A stretch of DNA of 64,000 bases from assembly GCA_964016885.1 (NCBI GenBank), contig OZ024750.1:43462001-43526000 (forward strand). Reading direction: 5' to 3'. The notes under the pieces are model-generated. The model did no database searches and was not told the origin of the DNA. It saw only the letters and a program-made list of their open reading frames with translations. Positions 61,172 to 64,000 of the stretch are shown piece by piece. The position numbers were made by a program, and so were the translations under genes. The stretch comes from Eledone cirrhosa (taxonomy: Eukaryota). How positions within the stretch are numbered: position 1 is the first letter of the stretch; each line of letters opens with the position of its first letter.

Positions 61172-61780
61172 ATGGTGGCTGCCAACTCGTTTTCGAGTAC
61201 GGCCACTACTTTATATCCATGTAGGAGAACCCCTACCGATGCGCTGAACGAGTGTGACTTTTTAGTCCAGCCAGCGACTTGAAAACTCTGGTACAAACAC
61301 TACACTTGTGACAATTATTAACACATAGTGCTGAGCCCATGGTAACATGTGATGACAAGTGCAGAGAGATCTCCAGATATAAAGCAATGCCTGTGGCGTG
61401 AAGCTTTTATAGTGAGCAAAGGCACTGCACAAAGCCAGTCCCACTCTCTTAACCAAGATGATATTTACCAAAAAGAAGAACGAGTCAACATCATTGGAAA
61501 CCATCAGGGTTGCAGGTGTTATATCAGAGTTTTCCTTCTCCTAGAATTCTGCCTTGACAAAGGCTAAGGGGTCATCTCTCCCGGTGATTTTGGATGGCCA
61601 TTGACTCTTAAGAGCTCCTTTGCCCTTTGACAGGTTTTGTTTTTAGTCCTGCAGGATGTCCAAAGTCACCCTCCTCACCAAGAAACCTTGGTGGGGTTGT
61701 CAGTTTAGTCGCCAACGACCCGACCATGAGACAGGTTGTACTGGGATACATGTTACCAGTAGCACCAACTAGTGACCTGA
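61172..61780 (-). mobile_element. Probable RTE-type 5' UTR fragment between (TACA)n tracts
   Basis: Reverse complement contains TTAGCCTTTGTCAAGGCA...CTAGGAGAAGGAAAACTCTGA, resembling RTE 5' regions; from recollection only. Confidence 0.4.
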
Positions 61781-61949
61781 CATACATACATACATACATA
61801 CATACATACATACATACATACATACATACATACATACATACATACATACATACATACATACATACATACATGCATCTATGCCTACATATACATGCATAGA
61901 TACCACCTCACATATAAACCTAGATTTGATCACGTGTTACAACAGTATG

Positions 61950-63275
61950 TGCGTGTGTGTGTGTATCTACACAGTATGTGTGTGTATGTGTGTGTATCTA
62001 CACACACACACACATTACCGGATTGGTATTTGTGCGATATGTATTTGTGTGTGCATGCTTGTCTGTGTGAGTGTGTGTGTACGTATGTGTGTGTCTGTGT
62101 GTCTGTGTGTGTCTGTGTGTGTCTGTGTGCATGTGTACATGTGTGGATGTGTGTATGTGAGCATGTGTGTGTCTGTGTAAGTGTGTAAGCGTGTGAATGT
62201 GTCTATGTGTCTGTGTGCATGTGTGTATGTGTGTCTGTGTGTCTGTGTGTGTCTGTGTGCATGTGTGTATGTGTGTCTGTGTGTCTGTGTGTGTCTGTGT
62301 GCATGTGTGCATGTGTGCATGTGTGCATGTGTGCATGTGGGTCTGTGTGCATGTGTGTGTCTGTGTAAGTGTGTAAGTGTGTAAGTGTGTGAGTGTGTCT
62401 ATGTGTCCGTGTGCATGTGTGTATGTGTGTCTGTGTGTCTGTGTGTGTCTGTGTGCATGTGTGGATGTGGGTCTGTGTGCATGTGTGTGTCTGTGTAAGT
62501 GCGTAAGTGTGTGAGTGTGTCTATGTGTCTGTATGCATGTGTGTATGTGTGTCTGTGTGTGTGAGTGTGTGTCTGCGTCTGTGTGTCTGTGTGTATGTGT
62601 GGATATGTGTGTCTATCTGTGTATGTGATTCTGTGTGTCTGTATGTGTCTGTGTGTGTCTGTCTGCGTCTGTGTGTCTGAGTAAGTGTGTCTGTGTGTAT
62701 CTGTGTGTGTCTGTGTGTCTGAGTAAGTGTGTCTGTGTGTATCTGTGTGTGTCTGTGTGTCTGTGTATGTGTGTCTGTGTGTGTGTGTCTAATGTGTTTG
62801 TGTGCATGTGTGTGTGTCTGTATGCGTATGTATGTGTCTGTGTGTCTGCATGTATGTGTCTGTATGCGTCTGTATGTGTCTGTATGCGTATATATGTGTC
62901 TGTATGTGTCTGTGTGTCTGTATGTATGTGTCTGTGTGTCTGTATGTGTGTGTCTGTGTGTCTGTATGTATGTGTCTGTATGCGTATGTATGTGTCTGTA
63001 TGCCTATGTATGTGTCTGTGTGTCTGTATGTATGTGTCTGTGTGTCTGTATGTATGTGTCTGTCTATCTGTATGTGTCTGTGTGTCTGTATGTATGTGTC
63101 TTTAAGCGTATGTATGTGTCTGTGTGTCTGTATGTATGTGTCTGTCTGTCTGTATGTATGTGTCTGTGTGTCTGTATGTATGTGTCTGTATGCGTCTGTA
63201 TGTGTCTGTATGCGTATGTATGTGTATGTGTGTCTGTCTGTATGTGTATGTGTCTGTGTGTCCCTGTGTGTGTGT
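61950..63275. repeat. (TG)-rich degenerate microsatellite
   Basis: Direct inspection. Confidence 0.95.
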
Positions 63276-63661
63276 TATCAGCAGCAGTGTCACCACAACA
63301 GCAGGGTCACCTCCCAACAGTCTTTAAGTATCTTAACATGTCAACAGGGTTTATATATTGATTAACGTCCTTCTTCACCCTCTTCATCCCTTATACACTG
63401 ACACGTGTACAAACCCCATCGTGGCCAAATTATCTTTCCTTCAGCCCCTCTATCTTCTCCTATCCCTCCATCCCTCTCTCTCTCTGTCTATCTCCTCTCC
63501 CTACACACTCACAAACTCACACACGCACACTGACACACACACGCACGAACACACACACACACATACACACACGCACATACACACAAACACACGCACACAC
63601 ATATATATGTATATATATATATAGTACTAAAACTCTGTGAATGTGTACTTGTCTATAATTT

Positions 63662-63849
63662 AATTGTTTCTACTACTGGCACAAGGCCAGCAAATACCTC
63701 AGTACATTACTGGTACTTTATTTTATCGACCCCGTAAGGATGAAAGGCAAAGTTAACCTCGGCGGGATTTGAACTCAGACCATAAAGGACCGTAACTCTA
63801 TGCGTCAAAGCATGGTGTCCGACCCTCTACCGATACTGCCAATCCACCG
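63662..63849 (-). mobile_element. Near full-length Meta-domain SINE
   Basis: Same consensus as 19434-19620. Confidence 0.88.
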
Positions 63850-64000
63850 TGCTTGTCTATAATTTAATACAGCCAAAATGGCGCATAATGGGAAAAATAC
63901 GTTGAAATTTTAGCTAGATACAGTAATGCAGTATTCGATTCTTTAAAGTCACCTGTTATAATTTCATTCAACAACAGCACCATCTCTCTCTCTCTCTCTC

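Noticed and set aside
61690-61780. HDV-like or twister ribozyme at the 5' end of the RTE-like fragment
   Set aside because: Some hairpins are present, but I could not assemble the required pseudoknot pairings by eye; needs an Infernal search.

Overview
This is AT-rich, extremely repeat-dense eukaryotic DNA with no intact host gene. The SINE types resemble octopus SINEs, so a cephalopod/mollusc origin is inferred. Most ORF-track entries are translations of microsatellites. Recognisable content: a Penelope-like element (PLE) RT fragment (1-1034); a PLE 3' half with GIY-YIG endonuclease and 1.6-kb inverted pLTRs (2912-6907); many short PLE-type hairpin remnants sitting in (TA)n; RTE, R4/Dong/NeSL-like (RLE) and Tx1 LINE fragments; a hATm-like transposon; about 11 Meta-domain tRNA-SINEs; a CORE-SINE; several minisatellites; and a possible glutaredoxin-like (pseudo)exon. 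Two main signals stand out. (1) By eye there are about 23 type-I hammerhead ribozyme motifs with intact cores from about 10 distinct families, plus about 6 mutated ones, all in (TA)n-embedded PLE termini. (2) A covarying bulged stem-loop (RCUC-stem...stem-UN-GAGY) occurs in 12 copies from 8 otherwise dissimilar families, typically at the start of the one-sided 3' tail just past the pLTR end. It is a candidate undescribed cis-acting RNA element of these retroelements. All folding and homology calls were made by eye.
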